Positions 62,175 to 64,000 of a DNA stretch of 64,000 bases are shown in pieces. The DNA is from Bacteroidales bacterium. Its GTDB lineage: Bacteria > Bacteroidota > Bacteroidia > Bacteroidales > UBA3663. The stretch spans positions 33,653 through 97,652 of the forward strand of contig JAZQOK010000028.1 of NCBI GenBank assembly GCA_045627865.1, read 5' to 3'. Position numbers and translations under genes: made by a program. Position 1 is the first letter of the stretch. Every line of letters starts with the position of its first letter. The notes below the pieces were generated by a model, which ran no database searches, had not been told where the DNA came from, and was given only the letters and a program-made list of their open reading frames with translations.

Positions 62175-62662
62175 TATTTCTTGCCCTTCTTGCACTTACG
62201 AACTGCTTCGATGATCTCCTCCTCACCGCCATCGGTGTAACCGGTGTGGCGATAAACGATATTACCATTACCATCGATGACAGCAACGAATGGGATGCTC
62301 TGAATACCAAAGGCACGCTTAACGTCGCCCTGTGCATCGAGCAGAACTTCATATTCCCAACCTTCCTGAGCTACAAGAGGCTTAACCTTCTGTACATTCT
62401 GAGCTTCGTCGCAGCTGATAGCTACAAGACGTACACCCTCCTTTTTCCAATCATCATAAACCTCTGCGATGGCGTTAAGCTCGCGACGGCAAGGCTTGCA
62501 CCAGGTAGCAAAGAAATCGACGATGACAGGCTGACCATGAGTACCGATGGTATCAACGGCAACACTTTTACCATTGATATCCTTCAGAACAGTCTTAGGC
62601 ATCTGGGCAAAAGAAGTAGAACACACAATAACCAAAAACAATGTAAAAATCAGTTTCTTCAT
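62174..62662 (-). CDS. TlpA-family thiol:disulfide oxidoreductase
   Basis: Signal peptide; DFFATWCKPCRREL; SIP cis-Pro loop; promoter TATTTTTG at 62712-62719. Confidence 0.92.
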   Translation of the reverse strand: MKKLIFTLFLVIVCSTSFAQMPKTVLKDINGKSVAVDTIGTHGQPVIVDFFATWCKPCRRELNAIAEVYDDWKKEGVRLVAISCDEAQNVQKVKPLVAQEGWEYEVLLDAQGDVKRAFGIQSIPFVAVIDGNGNIVYRHTGYTDGGEEEIIEAVRKCKKGKK

Positions 62663-62959
62663 AATAATGAAACAATCAGTTATTTATTATTTAGCAATTT
62701 ATTTTAACGCGCAAAAATAGTTATAAATTCTCTTTTATTTACGTAATGATGCAAAATTCTATCATAATTAGTCCTAAAAAGAGGCACAATCGCCGAAGTT
62801 GCGAACTTTGTATTACATCTATTTTTTTGCTATAGTGAGATAACAATTGGTTATATTGTTATGCAATGGATACTATTTATAGATGAAGAAATTTGGAAAT
62901 AATGCGTAATTCCTGTAATTTTGCATCTGTTAAATCTATAACCGAAACAACAAACCTAT

Positions 62960-64000
62960 ATGAAGAAAACATTCCTTGCACTTGCTTTTGGGACACTACT
63001 CCTAACAAGTTGTCAGAGCGGAAAAACGCCTAATGTTGCTCCCGCCATACCGCAGGATCCCTCTATCGAAAAGAATGTCGAAATGTGGATCAACAAGCTA
63101 TCCCTCGACGAGAAAATCGGACAGATGCTCCAACTCAACATCGATCTTATCGGCTCGAACCGAATCAAAGGAGACTTTAAGATTGACAGAAATAAGCTCA
63201 AAGCAGTATTGCAACAATATGGTAGCACCCAACAGCAGTTGGACGAGATGCTGGCCGCTACCGACGAAGAAATCAATGCTCGCCTGGGAAACTATGGTCT
63301 CGACATCTACGAAGGAACCATCGAACGAAGATGGGGAATCGATGCCGAAGCACTCGACTCCATCATCTCCAAGTGGAAAGTCGGTTCCATCCTGAATGCT
63401 CCGGGCAAAGCTCTTTCGCCTGAACATTGGCAGGAAATCGTCCCCAAGATTCAGGAACTCTCAATGAAACAAATCGGTATTCCTTGCATCTTCGGCCTCG
63501 ACAATAACCATGGCGTTACCTACATCAAGGGAGGAACAATCTTCCCTCAAAGCATCAACGTGGCAGCTTCGTTCAATACCGACCTCGCCTACCAAGCATC
63601 GGAAATCTGTGCCTACGAGAGCCGAACAGCCGATTGTCCCTGGGTATTTAATCCAACCATCGACCTCGGCCGTGATCCTCGTTGGTCGCGTATCTGGGAG
63701 AGCTATGGCGAAGATCCTATTGTCACCTCTCGCATGGTCGAAGCTGCCGTGCGTGGTTATCAGGGTGGCGACAATAACCATATCGATGGCAATCACGTAG
63801 CTACTTCGGTCAAGCACTATTTTGCCTATGGTGCTCCGTGGTCGGGCAAAGATCGTACGCCTGCATACGTATCGCCTCAGATGCTGCGTGAGAAGTATTT
63901 TGAGCCATTCAAAGCTGCCATCCAAGCAGGAGCCATGACGATCATGGTCAACTCTGCGTCCATCAATGGTGTACCTGTACATGCCAGCTACGAATACCTC
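62960..64000 (+). CDS. GH3 beta-glucosidase lipoprotein, runs off window edge
   Basis: Absent from the ORF track. MKKTFLALAFGTLLLTSC...LSLDEKIGQM...GIPCIFGLD..HG...RDPRWSR..ESYGED...KHY; promoter TTTG(62892)-N20-TAATTTTG(62916). Confidence 0.92.
   Translation, partial: MKKTFLALAFGTLLLTSCQSGKTPNVAPAIPQDPSIEKNVEMWINKLSLDEKIGQMLQLNIDLIGSNRIKGDFKIDRNKLKAVLQQYGSTQQQLDEMLAATDEEINARLGNYGLDIYEGTIERRWGIDAEALDSIISKWKVGSILNAPGKALSPEHWQEIVPKIQELSMKQIGIPCIFGLDNNHGVTYIKGGTIFPQSINVAASFNTDLAYQASEICAYESRTADCPWVFNPTIDLGRDPRWSRIWESYGEDPIVTSRMVEAAVRGYQGGDNNHIDGNHVATSVKHYFAYGAPWSGKDRTPAYVSPQMLREKYFEPFKAAIQAGAMTIMVNSASINGVPVHASYEYL

Overview
Bacteroidales (Prevotella-like) chromosomal window, judged from TTTG-N20-TAnnTTTG promoters, PorX, T9SS-type C-termini and gene content. 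In order, it holds: an L-hexose/deoxyhexose catabolic cluster (lactonase-like amidohydrolase, fucP, DapA-family aldolase, SSS transporter, fucI); porX and housekeeping genes; the purH(N-half)-mreBCD-mrdA-rodA operon; a U32 protein; and a giant modular secreted pectin methylesterase. An AT-rich island (~26.2-39.3 kb) encodes a signal-peptide-bearing three-gene Rhs toxin module with a trail of orphan toxin tips and immunity genes (two lipases, one JAB-like). After it come two tandem paralogous candidate sRNAs, lpxH, sufT, argS, parE, coaD, an S41 protease, MarC, pectin enzymes (CE12-CE8, GH105, GH97), secreted proteins and a 41-bp tandem array. A five-gene operon follows in which every product is exported and carries a cysteine pair (TlpA, outer-membrane barrel, Omp28 lipoprotein, Ig-like T9SS cargo, Omp28 T9SS cargo), then a partial GH3. 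The most promising leads are that operon (a candidate trans-outer-membrane thiol-redox relay), the Sec/T9SS-linked Rhs module and the sRNA pair. All family calls come from motif recognition, not database searches.
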